A stretch of DNA of 50,472 nucleotides, from the NCBI GenBank assembly GCA_029933005.1, contig JAOZOY010000006.1:3182-53653 (forward strand), given 5' to 3'. Positions 25,809 through 34,901 of the stretch are shown here, one piece after another; the first letter of the stretch is position 1, and each line of letters opens with the position of its first letter. The notes beneath the pieces are model-generated. The model was not told where the DNA came from. It ran no database searches and worked only from the letters and a program-made list of their open reading frames with translations. The translations under genes and the position numbers were made by a program. Origin of the DNA: Deltaproteobacteria bacterium. GTDB taxonomy: Bacteria; Desulfobacterota; Desulfobulbia; Desulfobulbales; SURF-16.

Positions 25809-26303
25809 ATGACTTTGAACATCAGCCATCTTTTTTTAGCCACTGGCAGTGACGGTCGGACGGCCCACAGTCATGTTCTCCACTTTCTGGATCAGACAAC
25901 CCTGGTCAAATATGACCGAATTCAGATCGTCGAAGAACACATCCTTTCAGCGGAGAACAAAAAATTCTGGCCCAATCTTGAAGGCTCAATTTTAGAAAAC
26001 CGACTGGTTATTGACAGTCTTATCAATGAGTTAACAGAATGCGGAGTTAATCGTCTTGATGATATAAAAAAATTTGAGCAGGGTTACCAAAGTAAAATTC
26101 TGCATACCATTGCCCATCTGCTTGACGGTTTTTTCGGCATCGACAGCTGTTTTTTTAACTTGATTGAGGATTCCCACTGGCTGTCCACTGCCCTTAAGGA
26201 AAAAATTGTGGAGAATCCAGATCAATACTGGCTGGTGGAGGCTCATCCGCTTTTTGAGGCCAGCCAGCTTGATCGTGATGTCGTAAGCCAGCATTATAAA
26301 TAG
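25809..26303 (+). CDS. Hypothetical protein
   Basis: 164-aa ORF 7 nt after the HAD gene; natural-looking sequence (LLDGFFGIDSCFFNLIEDSHW). Confidence 0.7.
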   Translation: MTLNISHLFLATGSDGRTAHSHVLHFLDQTTLVKYDRIQIVEEHILSAENKKFWPNLEGSILENRLVIDSLINELTECGVNRLDDIKKFEQGYQSKILHTIAHLLDGFFGIDSCFFNLIEDSHWLSTALKEKIVENPDQYWLVEAHPLFEASQLDRDVVSQHYK

Positions 26304-26369
26304 CTGGTAACTGTTCAGCGTAACAACAGGTAATTCTGTCATTTATTTTAAAATTAAACTTTCATGCTT

Positions 26370-26472
26370 TGTTGTTCCCGCTTGCGGGGATGGAGGTTAG
26401 CCGGAATCCAGGAGCTAGCCACATCTTCTGGATCGAAGTCTACGCTATCTCCGGGTCAAGCCCGGAATGACA
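26370..26472. repeat. GTCATTCC/GGAATGAC-type palindromic repeat with inserted cassette
   Basis: gccggaatccag...ctggat[cgaagtctacgctatct]ccgggtcaagcccggaatgaca; homologous to 48636-48772. Confidence 0.75.
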
Positions 26473-26487
26473 TCGGAATAGCTAAAA

Positions 26488-26736
26488 TTAATGATGGTGA
26501 TGATGATGATGGTGTCCTTCCACCTTGCCTCCCAGGCTGTCCAGACTTTTTTCCAGGGCACTGTTTGCCTCGGTCATGGCTGCAATCGCTTTTTCAATGA
26601 GATCAGACACATCGGCCTTGCCCTCATCTTTAGCCACTGCCGCCCATTTTTTGAATTCTTCCTGGTGGCTGTGGCTGTGTTCAATCCAGTGGGGCAGCAA
26701 AATTCGTAATTTTTCCAGTTCGGTTTTTTCGCGCAT
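26488..26736 (-). CDS. Small helical protein with C-terminal His8 tail (putative nickel chaperone, CooJ-like)
   Basis: LPHWIEHSHSH motif and eight terminal His; coupled to cooT. Confidence 0.75.
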   Translation of the reverse strand: MREKTELEKLRILLPHWIEHSHSHQEEFKKWAAVAKDEGKADVSDLIEKAIAAMTEANSALEKSLDSLGGKVEGHHHHHHHH

Positions 26737-26737
26737 C

Positions 26738-26941
26738 TCAGTCTCCAGGATTTCTTGTAGTCAGGATGACGGTTCCGGCCAGAAAATCAATTTTTTTAAC
26801 CTGGGCCCCGGCCACGGTTTTCGGTTCCTCGAACAGGGTGGTCACGGTGGCCCCCTTTTCCGTCACTTCAAGCAGGGTGGCATTTTCCAGAATTAATTTT
26901 TCGCGATCTTCTTTTTCCAGATAGACACTCATCTGACACAT
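26738..26941 (-). CDS. cooT: CooT family nickel-binding protein
   Basis: M-C N-terminus (Cys2), LFEE and IKKIDF-like (VKKIDFL) pattern; 67 aa. Confidence 0.8.
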   Translation of the reverse strand: MCQMSVYLEKEDREKLILENATLLEVTEKGATVTTLFEEPKTVAGAQVKKIDFLAGTVILTTRNPGD

Positions 26942-27090
26942 GGCTATACCTCAATGAACCGTTGTTTATGTTTGCAGAATGTTCTTCCGGGAAAAATTTT
27001 AGCAAAAAAAATAAATTTTCAATGTTTTTTCCGGAATTTCATGGCTTAATTCCTTTTTACTTCACTGATTATTCAACCTTCAGGAAAATT

Positions 27091-27495
27091 ATGCTTGTCG
27101 ATTTTAACGAAATCAGAGAAATCCTCACCACCTGCAAGACCATCGCCGTGGTGGGACTCTCACCTAAGAGCAAACGGCCGAGCCATCAGGTTGCAAGTTA
27201 TCTTCTTGAAGCCGGCTACACCATTATTCCGGTTAATCCCGGACAATCGCAGATTTTGGGACAGACCTGTTATCCAAATCTCTCTTCAATTCCCGTGGCA
27301 GTTGATCTTGTCGATATTTTCCGACGCTCGAAAGATGTTCCTCCCTGGGTGGACGAGGCCATAAGAATCAAGGCCAAAGCCGTCTGGATGCAGGAAGGAA
27401 TCATTAATAATGAAGCCGCTGATAAAGCTCGCCGCCATGGGCTCCGGGTGGTCATGGACCGCTGCACCAAGACCGATCATGCTAATCTTCTTTAG
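27091..27495 (+). CDS. CoA-binding protein (YccU-like)
   Basis: TIAVVGLS, PVNP, VDIFRR, WMQEG and VMDRC motifs. Confidence 0.9.
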   Translation: MLVDFNEIREILTTCKTIAVVGLSPKSKRPSHQVASYLLEAGYTIIPVNPGQSQILGQTCYPNLSSIPVAVDLVDIFRRSKDVPPWVDEAIRIKAKAVWMQEGIINNEAADKARRHGLRVVMDRCTKTDHANLL

Positions 27496-27574
27496 AGGAA
27501 AACCTCCGGTCCAGCCTTTTTTTAAATTAATACCATAAAATTGACAAGGTGGCAAAGAGACTGTTTCTTGACTT

Positions 27575-27628
27575 GTAAACGCTTACAGAACTGTGGTTCC
27601 TGAAAAAAAGTGCCCGGTGAATGGTTAC
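27575..27628. repeat. GTAA...TTAC element, subfamily B
   Basis: gtaaacgcttac...gtggttcc...cccggtgaatggttac; homologous to 34004-34058. Confidence 0.75.
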
Positions 27629-27629
27629 C

Positions 27630-27658
27630 TTGACTTTTCCCTTGAACTGAGCTAAATT
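27630..27658 (+). promoter_or_regulatory. Putative sigma70 promoter of hisS-aspS
   Basis: TTGACT-N17-TAAATT. Confidence 0.5.
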
Positions 27659-27673
27659 TTTATGTTTTTTGTC

Positions 27674-27780
27674 GTAAATATTCGGCAGCACTCCCCAGGA
27701 AGGCGATCAGGCTGCCCAGCATACCAGTGTATAGCCGATCAGCCTGCGTACCTCCCTGTGAAATATTGCCAAACATTTAC
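27674..27780. repeat. ~110-nt palindromic GTAA...TTAC element, subfamily A
   Basis: gtaaatattcggc...cgatcaggc...gcata...tatagc...cctg...ccaaacatttac, collinear with 12312-12421. Confidence 0.8.
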
Positions 27781-27859
27781 AATTTGGTGGTTCCAGTTTT
27801 ATTTCGGTATCATGCCGAATAATTGTTTTTTGTCGTTATTTTAATAGGGAGAAGAGATT

Positions 27860-29128
27860 GTGAGTGTTAAGGCCTTAAAGGGCTTCAAGGATATCTTGCC
27901 TGGTACAGTGGAGACCTGGCAAAGGATCGAGCAGACGGCCAGGGACATCTTCCACCGTTTCGGCTTTTTTGAGATCAAAGTGCCGATCCTGGAAAAGACA
28001 AAACTTTTCCAACGTTCCATCGGCGAGACCACCGATATCGTTGAAAAGGAGATGTACACCTTTGCCGACCGCAATGGCTCCTCGCTGACCATGCGGCCCG
28101 AGGGTACGGCCCCGGTTCTGAGGGCTTACGTGGAGCATGCCCTCCATGTCAAAAAACCGATTCAGCGCCTTTTTACCATCGGCCCCATGTTCCGGCATGA
28201 ACGGCCTCAGAAGGGGCGGTTGCGCCAGTTTCACCAGATAAGTATCGAGGTGCTCGGAACGAATCATCCCATGGTGGATGCTGAGGTTATGGGAATGGCA
28301 CGGCTTGTTTTAGAGGAACTCGGCCTTTCCGTAAGTCTTGAAATTAACTCTCTGGGCTGCCCGAAATGCCGGCCCGAATTTAACCAGGCCCTGCTGGATT
28401 TTCTTGAGAAAAAGGCGGACAAACTTTGTTCGGACTGCGAGCGGCGGCGGCAGACTAATCCCCTGCGCGTCCTTGACTGCAAGAGTCAGCATTGCCAGGA
28501 ACAGTATGAAAACGCCCCGTCAATTCTCGATCATCTCTGTCCGGACTGTGTGGAACATTTTTCGTCGGTCAAAAAAAATCTTGATCTGTTAAATGTCCCT
28601 TATTCTGTGAATTCATTTATGGTCAGGGGGCTGGATTACTATACCAGGACCACCTTTGAACTCCTGACCGATAATCTGGGTGCCCAGAGCGCGGTGGGAG
28701 CCGGGGGACGTTATGACGGACTGGTCAAACAGCTTGGCGGTCCTGATGTGCCGGGGATCGGTTTTGCCCTCGGCGTGGAACGTCTGGCCCTTCTTTTGCA
28801 ACATGAAGGGTTGTCCAGTGAGGAGCCGCAAGTCGATTGTTTTATTGCCGCCCTGGGAGATGAGGCTTTGGCCAGGGCTTTCGTCATGGTTAACGCGCTG
28901 CGCATGAGAGGTCTGCGGGCTGCCATGGATCATCAGGGCCGCAGTCTGAAAAATCAGATGAAACAGGCGGGCCGGATGAAGGCCCGTTACGCCTTGATCA
29001 TAGGCGATGATGAACTGGAAAAGGGTGAAGGGATTCTTCGCAACATGGAGAACCGCGAGCAGCAAAACGTAGAGCTTGGTGGGGATTTAGCTGTCTGGAG
29101 TAAAATGATAAAAATTTTATTGGTCTGA
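27860..29128 (+). CDS. hisS: Histidine--tRNA ligase
   Basis: KEMY, RPEGTA, FRHERPQKGRLRQF, RGLDYY and GGRYD motifs. Confidence 0.98.
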   Translation: MSVKALKGFKDILPGTVETWQRIEQTARDIFHRFGFFEIKVPILEKTKLFQRSIGETTDIVEKEMYTFADRNGSSLTMRPEGTAPVLRAYVEHALHVKKPIQRLFTIGPMFRHERPQKGRLRQFHQISIEVLGTNHPMVDAEVMGMARLVLEELGLSVSLEINSLGCPKCRPEFNQALLDFLEKKADKLCSDCERRRQTNPLRVLDCKSQHCQEQYENAPSILDHLCPDCVEHFSSVKKNLDLLNVPYSVNSFMVRGLDYYTRTTFELLTDNLGAQSAVGAGGRYDGLVKQLGGPDVPGIGFALGVERLALLLQHEGLSSEEPQVDCFIAALGDEALARAFVMVNALRMRGLRAAMDHQGRSLKNQMKQAGRMKARYALIIGDDELEKGEGILRNMENREQQNVELGGDLAVWSKMIKILLV

Positions 29129-29200
29129 TTGGTTCGGTTGTTGTTAACCAATTAGACCAATGAGACTAACCAGACCAGTCAGACCAACAAGACCAATATA
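29120..29200. repeat. Degenerate 9-mer tandem/inverted repeat tract (AGACYARNN)
   Basis: tggtctgattggtt...agaccaatg-agactaacc-agaccagtc-agaccaaca-agaccaata. Confidence 0.75.
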
Positions 29201-29218
29201 AATAAGGAGCCATAACTA

Positions 29219-31006
29219 ATGGAATCCATGGGAAAACTCAAACGGAGTCATTCCTGTAATGATCTTGAAATTCAGGATCTGAACAAAGAAGTCACCCTGA
29301 TGGGCTGGGTGCTCAGACGGCGTGATCACGGCGGCGTTATTTTTATTGACCTGCGCGACCGTTGGGGCCTGACCCAGGTTGTCTTTAATCCGGAAATCAA
29401 TGCGGAAGTCCATGCCAAAGCCCATGATTTGCGGAGCGAATGGGTTCTGGCGGTGCGCGGCATTGTAATGGAACGTCCTGAAGGAATGCGCAACGAAAAG
29501 CTTAAAACCGGGGCCATCGAGATTATGGTCAGTGAACTGCGGATCTTAAACAAGAGTATGACCCCGCCCTTTCCCCTGGATGAGGACGTCGAGGTTTCCG
29601 AGAATCTTCGGCTCAAATACCGCTATCTTGATCTGCGGCGGCCGGGCATGGCCGACAATCTGATTATGCGGCACAAGGCCTGTCAGGCCATGCGCACCTA
29701 TCTGGACCAGGAAAATTTTTTGGAGATCGAGACCCCGATCCTGACCCGTTCCACCCCGGAAGGGGCCAGAGATTACCTGGTTCCCAGCCGGATCAATGCC
29801 GGTAATTTCTATGCGTTGCCCCAGTCGCCTCAGCTTTTTAAACAGATTTTGATGGTGGCGGGTATGGATCGCTATTATCAAATTGTCAAGTGTTTTCGGG
29901 ATGAGGATCTGCGGGCTGACAGGCAGCCGGAATTCACCCAGGTGGACATGGAGCTCTCTTTTGTTGATGAAGAAGATATTTACGTCATTGCCGAAGGCTT
30001 GATGAAGGCGTTGTTCAAAGCCACCCTGGATATTGACCTGGAAACACCGTTTTCCCGTATGGCCTACGATGAGGCCATGAACCGTTTTGGCTGTGACAAG
30101 CCGGACATCCGTTTCGGCCTGGAACTGGTCAGTCTCACTGAGATCGTCAGAAATTGCAGCTTCAAGGTTTTTCGTACCGTGGTTGAAAAAGGCGGCCTGG
30201 TGAAGAGTATCAATGCCAAGGGATGCGCCACCTTTTCCAGAAAAAACCTGGATGATCTCACCGAATTTGTTGCTCCGTTCGGCGCTAAAGGGCTGGCCTG
30301 GGTCAAGGTTAAAGCGGAAGGCGAATGGCAGTCGCCCATTGCCAAGTTCTTTACCGAGGAAGAGCGTGCCGATATGAGTGCGGCTCTGGGAGCCGAGGAG
30401 GGTGATTTGCTCTTTTTTGTGGCGGATCAGCCCGCCATTGTCCATCAGTCCCTGGCTGAACTGCGCCTGGAACTGGCCCGGCGGTTGAATATGGTGGAGC
30501 CCGACACCTTTCAATTTCTCTGGATTACGGAGTTTCCCCTGGTGGAATACGATCATGAGCGCAAACGCCATACCGCCGTCCATCACCCCTTTACCGCTCC
30601 CTATGAAGAAGACCTGCATCTGCTGGATTCGGAACCGGCCAAGGTGCGCAGCCGGGCCTATGACCTGGTGCTAAACGGCAATGAGATTGGCGGCGGCAGT
30701 CTGCGTATTCATCAGAAAGATCTTCAGAACAAGGTGTTTAGCGCTTTGGGGATCAGCGACGAGGAGGCAGCCGACAAGTTTGACTTTCTTCTCCGGGCCC
30801 TGGAGCATGGCGCGCCTCCCCACGCCGGCATTGCCTTTGGCCTGGATCGCTTGATGATGATCCTGGCCGGCCGGGAGTCCATTCGTGACGTGATCGCCTT
30901 CCCGAAAACCCAGAAAGCCGCCTGCCTGCTCACAGAAGCGCCGGCGCCGGTCAACCGCAAACAGCTCACCGAGTTGTATCTGCGGCCGGATTGGGAAGAG
31001 AAGTAA
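29219..31006 (+). CDS. aspS: Aspartate--tRNA ligase (probably non-discriminating Asp/Asn type)
   Basis: [38 protein letters not shown] and GLDR motifs. Confidence 0.98.
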   Translation: MESMGKLKRSHSCNDLEIQDLNKEVTLMGWVLRRRDHGGVIFIDLRDRWGLTQVVFNPEINAEVHAKAHDLRSEWVLAVRGIVMERPEGMRNEKLKTGAIEIMVSELRILNKSMTPPFPLDEDVEVSENLRLKYRYLDLRRPGMADNLIMRHKACQAMRTYLDQENFLEIETPILTRSTPEGARDYLVPSRINAGNFYALPQSPQLFKQILMVAGMDRYYQIVKCFRDEDLRADRQPEFTQVDMELSFVDEEDIYVIAEGLMKALFKATLDIDLETPFSRMAYDEAMNRFGCDKPDIRFGLELVSLTEIVRNCSFKVFRTVVEKGGLVKSINAKGCATFSRKNLDDLTEFVAPFGAKGLAWVKVKAEGEWQSPIAKFFTEEERADMSAALGAEEGDLLFFVADQPAIVHQSLAELRLELARRLNMVEPDTFQFLWITEFPLVEYDHERKRHTAVHHPFTAPYEEDLHLLDSEPAKVRSRAYDLVLNGNEIGGGSLRIHQKDLQNKVFSALGISDEEAADKFDFLLRALEHGAPPHAGIAFGLDRLMMILAGRESIRDVIAFPKTQKAACLLTEAPAPVNRKQLTELYLRPDWEEK

Positions 31007-31042
31007 ACTGCCAACCTTCCCCTTTTTTAAAGGAGGATTTAT

Positions 31043-31450
31043 TTATTTGGTTGCCACCACAGTCCGCTTTTCTTCCAGAATATCATTGACGATTTCAACA
31101 ATCTGGGGTTCCGGGTCATGACGGAGAGGTTCCAGGGCATCCAGGGCCTCTCTGGTGGCGATGATGCCGAGCAGGGTGACGGCCTCTCCCCGGATGTAAG
31201 TTTCTTCCGTAAGCAGGGGCAGAAGCGTCGGGATGGCCAGAGTTACCTCGTTCGGTCTGATGGCGACCAGTTCTTCAAAGAGAAGCACCATGCCCATCCT
31301 CACCACGAACCGCTCATCACGCAACAGATCTCCGGTGAACCGGTAGTAACCGGGATCCTGTTTAAACATGGCCACGATATTTTCAACATGGCCCAATTCG
31401 ATGAACTCGCCAATGGTCCTGATCAGCTCTTCATCACTGATTTCAGTCAT
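31043..31450 (-). CDS. HEAT-repeat-like hypothetical protein
   Basis: GGGAGA RBS before MTEISDEE; LLRDERFVVR and IRGEAVTLLG helical repeats. Confidence 0.7.
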   Translation of the reverse strand: MTEISDEELIRTIGEFIELGHVENIVAMFKQDPGYYRFTGDLLRDERFVVRMGMVLLFEELVAIRPNEVTLAIPTLLPLLTEETYIRGEAVTLLGIIATREALDALEPLRHDPEPQIVEIVNDILEEKRTVVATK

Positions 31451-31489
31451 CTCTTTCTCCCGATTTTTCTTCCAATGAATGTGACATAA

Positions 31490-32338
31490 ATGGGTGTCAT
31501 CTATATGCTTCTGGCCTCGGCCTCCTTTGCCACCATGTCCGCCCTGGTCAAATTGGTGGGGACAGCGATTCCCATTCAGGAGCTGATCTTTCTGCGCTGT
31601 ATTCTGGCCCTGCCTTTTTTTTGCTGCTACCTTATCTACCAGAATAAGCCACTGGTTGTCAAAGCGAGAAAAACAGTGGCTGTTCGCGCCTTTTTCGGCT
31701 TTTCTGCCATGATCGGTTTTTATTATGCCTTGACCCATATGGGGCTGGCCGACTGTATTTTTCTTGGTCGTATTCAGCCCCTTTTCGTCGCCCTGCTGGC
31801 TCCTTTTGTGCTGGGGGAAAAAACACCGAGCTGTGCCTGGCTGGCAATCATGACCGGTTTAAGCGGTGTTGCCCTGATCATGAAACCGGCCCTTGTCGAC
31901 TGGCCCATTGCCGCCTTGGTGGCCCTGGCAGCAGCCCTGGCCGGAGCCTGCGCCCACCTTATGGTGCGGCGGCTCAACCGGACTGATGCTCCAGGCGCTA
32001 TTGTTATGAACTTTCTTTTTCTCACTGCTCTTGCCAGCGGCGGCTGGACTCTGTTTTTCTGGGTTCCTCCTTCATTTTACCAATGGCTGGCTATCTGCGC
32101 TATTGCTCTGTTTGCCAGCCTGGGCCAGAGTCTGATGACCATGGCCTACCGGCTGGACCGAGCTCCGGCCGTGGCGGCGGCAAGTTATTCATCCATCATT
32201 CTTTCACTTTTTTACGGGTATTTTTTCTGGGGAGAAAGTCCCCGTGGACTTGTCTGGCTCGGCGGCGTTTTGATCGTCTGCGGCGGGGCGCTATTGGTCA
32301 AATCACGGATCAAGGTCTCGGAACCGGCTCGGATGTAA
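31490..32338 (+). CDS. DMT/EamA family transporter
   Basis: About 10 hydrophobic segments in two EamA halves; PLFVALLAPFVLGE and FFWGE motifs. Confidence 0.9.
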   Translation: MGVIYMLLASASFATMSALVKLVGTAIPIQELIFLRCILALPFFCCYLIYQNKPLVVKARKTVAVRAFFGFSAMIGFYYALTHMGLADCIFLGRIQPLFVALLAPFVLGEKTPSCAWLAIMTGLSGVALIMKPALVDWPIAALVALAAALAGACAHLMVRRLNRTDAPGAIVMNFLFLTALASGGWTLFFWVPPSFYQWLAICAIALFASLGQSLMTMAYRLDRAPAVAAASYSSIILSLFYGYFFWGESPRGLVWLGGVLIVCGGALLVKSRIKVSEPARM

Positions 32339-32427
32339 TCTCTCAATAAGTGGTGGTATACCGACAATTGCCCCCTTTCGTAAAGTGGGATTTGTTTATA
32401 GGTTGCCACCATTTATTGAATAGTTAC
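32335..32427. repeat. GTAA...TTAC element with nested CCCCTTT/AAAG(T)GGG hairpin
   Basis: gtaatctctcaataagtggtgg / ccaccatttattgaatagttac arms; its GTAA supplies the EamA stop codon. Confidence 0.75.
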
Positions 32428-32469
32428 CTTTTTTATTGCGATTTTTTCCGCCCACCGTTACTGTTTTTT

Positions 32470-33015
32470 ATGAAGAAAAAACAATTTGATCCATTCAATG
32501 ACCGGGAATCCCGGGACATCCGCAACGGTTTGTCCACGGCCCTGACACAATCGATCCAAACAAAAAATCCGGACGTGGTGCGCAAACAGTTTGAGAAATT
32601 TGCGGCGGCCTATTCCGGGAAAATTTATCAGGATTATATCAGCGACCGTCGCCAACGCTTTGAGGCGGTGCTTCAGGCTATTCTCAAAAATAAGATCAGC
32701 AGCATCCTGGAACAGGGTGTGCTGCTCTGGAATCAACATCTTTTCTTTGAGTTTCACGAGCTGCTTGAGGGGCGTTGGCTGATAGCGGAAGGAAGGGAAC
32801 GGATTTTTCTCCAAGGCCTGATCCGGGCTGCCGGAACCTCCGTTCACCTGGAACGGGGCAATATGAAGGGGGCCGGGAAAATGTCCCAAAAGGCTATCGA
32901 CAATCTCTCCGAACCTCAATTCCTGTCGGGGATCGAAAATATTGACGAACTGATCATGTGGCTTGAGCGGCTTGGTCAGGAACCCCCTGTTCTTGTTTAC
33001 AGTAGAGAAGATTAA
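32470..33015 (+). CDS. DUF309 domain protein
   Basis: LWNQHLFFEFHELLEGRW and LQGLI...VH motifs. Confidence 0.8.
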   Translation: MKKKQFDPFNDRESRDIRNGLSTALTQSIQTKNPDVVRKQFEKFAAAYSGKIYQDYISDRRQRFEAVLQAILKNKISSILEQGVLLWNQHLFFEFHELLEGRWLIAEGRERIFLQGLIRAAGTSVHLERGNMKGAGKMSQKAIDNLSEPQFLSGIENIDELIMWLERLGQEPPVLVYSRED

Positions 33016-33029
33016 GCGTTAGGGAGAGG

Positions 33030-33389
33030 ATGATGGAAAAATTGATTCAGGAAATAAGGGAATTTGCCGGGCAGAGGGACTGGCAGCAGTTTCACACCCC
33101 CAAGAATCTCGCCATGGCGCTCAGTGTGGAAGCATCTGAGATCGTCGAGATTTTCCAGTGGCTCACAGGGGAACAGAGCCGCAAGTTAAGCCCTGAAAAG
33201 GGTGCCGATCTTGAAGAGGAAATCGGTGATGTGATGATTTATCTTACCTGTCTGGCAGATAAATTTGATATGAATCCTCTCGAGGCAGCCCGGAAAAAGA
33301 TGATGATCAATGAAAAAAAATATCCAGTTCATCTCTCCAGGGGCAACGCGAAAAAATATGATGAGCTGACGGAAATTAAAAAATTGTGA
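33030..33389 (+). CDS. MazG-like nucleotide pyrophosphohydrolase
   Basis: RDWQQFHTPKNL, EASE, EEIGDV and NEKKYP motifs. Confidence 0.9.
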   Translation: MMEKLIQEIREFAGQRDWQQFHTPKNLAMALSVEASEIVEIFQWLTGEQSRKLSPEKGADLEEEIGDVMIYLTCLADKFDMNPLEAARKKMMINEKKYPVHLSRGNAKKYDELTEIKKL

Positions 33390-33417
33390 ATAAAAAATTT
33401 AACATGCAGAGGCAATT

Positions 33418-33897
33418 ATGACTCCTGAAGAAATGCGGGAAAAGGCGATGGATCTTTTCAAAAAACGTTTCCACTGAAGCCAGGCAATCCTGGCCGTGGG
33501 CCTGGAAAGAATTAACAAATATGACGAGAATGCGATCAAAGCAGTTGGAGCCTTTGGTGGTGGAATTGCCAGCTCCGGTGCTGTCTGCGGAACGCTTCTT
33601 GGAGCAATCGCGGTGGTCTCGTCTCTATACAGCAGGGGCAATTTAGGGGAAAAAGAAAATCCTCGTGTCTGGGGAGTCAGCAACAAACTGATTAAGCAAT
33701 TTAATCAATTGACAGAACCATACGGTGGGACGGATTGCAAAGATATCGCTCGTATAAACTGGTCAAACCGCGAGGAGGTAAAAAAATATTATTCCAACCC
33801 GGAGAGTACACGAAAAGATTGTGTCCAACTCGTTGGCGATTTCGCTTTCGCTCTCGGTAAAATCTTGGAAAAAGAAATGACTAGACAGGAAAAATAA
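33418..33897 (+). CDS. C-GCAxxG-C-C family selenoprotein (Sec at codon 20, UGA 33475-33477)
   Basis: MTPEEMREKAMDLFKKRFH-U-SQAI...FGGG...CGTLLG...DC...DC; the UGA sits at the position of the family's first conserved Cys; SECIS-like hairpin at 33488-33506. Confidence 0.85.
33488..33506 (+). promoter_or_regulatory. Putative SECIS element
   Basis: UCCUGGCC-GUG-GGCCUGGA hairpin with loop 19 nt after the UGA. Confidence 0.65.
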
Positions 33898-33903
33898 TGA
33901 AAA

Positions 33904-34078
33904 GTAATCTCCGGTGCCTGTGATCGCTTACGCTCGAATAGCACCAGTATGCTTCGCTGGCCCAGGTAAGCGAAGACTCCGAAAGAACGAATCTAAGGCA
34001 CTGGTAACCGTTTACAAGGACGGTGGTTCCCATAATTAGTGACCCGGTGAACGGTTACATATTTTGTAAACATTCAGC
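33904..34078. repeat. Cluster of nested GTAA...TTAC elements
   Basis: 33904-34015 shares segments with 18282-18369 and 46697-46796; 34004-34058 matches 27575-27628; half-site gtaaacattcagc at 34066. Confidence 0.75.
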
Positions 34079-34113
34079 AATTGATTTGACGTAAGCGAAA
34101 ATTTTTCTTCTGG

Positions 34114-34899
34114 TTAAAAAAATACGTATGGATATTTCGGCTTCTCAATTGTTTCAAGATGATCGCTAACAATAAGTGGCATGGTTTCTTTGCCCGTCTG
34201 GTACAGACCACCCTTGCCCGTCACCCGTATCCACTGTCCCGGTTCCAGCTCCAGTTCACCGGAATAGCGAATAAGAATACCCACGGGAATGGCATCGGCG
34301 GCACAGCAGTTAATAAAAAAACGAAAGGCATAAAGGGTCTGTGGCGGCAGTCGTTCATCACGGCTGACCATTCCCAGCACCTCAATTTTTTTCCCCGCAT
34401 AGTTCTGCGGATTTCTCATGAGCTGCATTAGGCTCGGTTTTTTCGGTTCCTGATGTTTTTTGTCATACTCCTGGCCCATTTTAAGCAGCTCCTGAAACAG
34501 GTCACCATCCCCATCCGTCTCATCAATCCTGTCCTGCTCTACCTTATCCAGAGCGCCACGGATATCGCCGCCGATAAAACGGTTTTGAAAGGCATCAATG
34601 CCGAGATGAGCGGTAGTGGCCAGGGGAAAATAGCAAAAGGGCAGCAGAAGAATTCCTGCCTGGATCAGGAGTGATATTCGTTCTTTTTTTGACGAGGTCC
34701 TTTTTTTCTTTCCGTCCGTAACAGTCTCGAAAAGCATTAATGCCGCAGCCAGCAGACCGCAGATAATGAGCCATTTCAAGGAGGGGTTCAAGAACAGCTG
34801 TAAATGGCTGCCCTGGTCATTTTTCGCCAGAAGAAAGGCATACAACACGGTCCAGCTGAAAAGAACAACACAGCGCATTCCACGTTCTAAATCTAGCAT
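34114..34899 (-). CDS. TIGR03943/DUF1980 (YcgQ-like) putative permease subunit
   Basis: Three N-terminal TM segments; RFFINCCAADA, WIRVTG and PKYPY motifs. Confidence 0.85.
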   Translation of the reverse strand: MLDLERGMRCVVLFSWTVLYAFLLAKNDQGSHLQLFLNPSLKWLIICGLLAAALMLFETVTDGKKKRTSSKKERISLLIQAGILLLPFCYFPLATTAHLGIDAFQNRFIGGDIRGALDKVEQDRIDETDGDGDLFQELLKMGQEYDKKHQEPKKPSLMQLMRNPQNYAGKKIEVLGMVSRDERLPPQTLYAFRFFINCCAADAIPVGILIRYSGELELEPGQWIRVTGKGGLYQTGKETMPLIVSDHLETIEKPKYPYVFF

Positions 34900-34901
34900 G
34901 T

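Noticed and set aside
27674-27780. Long hairpin read as 6S or SRP RNA
   Set aside because: Too short for 6S, lacks the SRP CAGG...GGAA...AGCAG motif, and has homologous copies elsewhere in the window.
27781-27835. T-box-like AATTTGGTGGTTCC plus a hairpin upstream of hisS
   Set aside because: The bulge reads UGGUUCC rather than UGGNACC, no specifier stem is evident, and GTGGTTCC also occurs in the dispersed repeats at 27593 and 34023.
29546-30619. 357-aa minus-strand ORF
   Set aside because: Antisense shadow of aspS.
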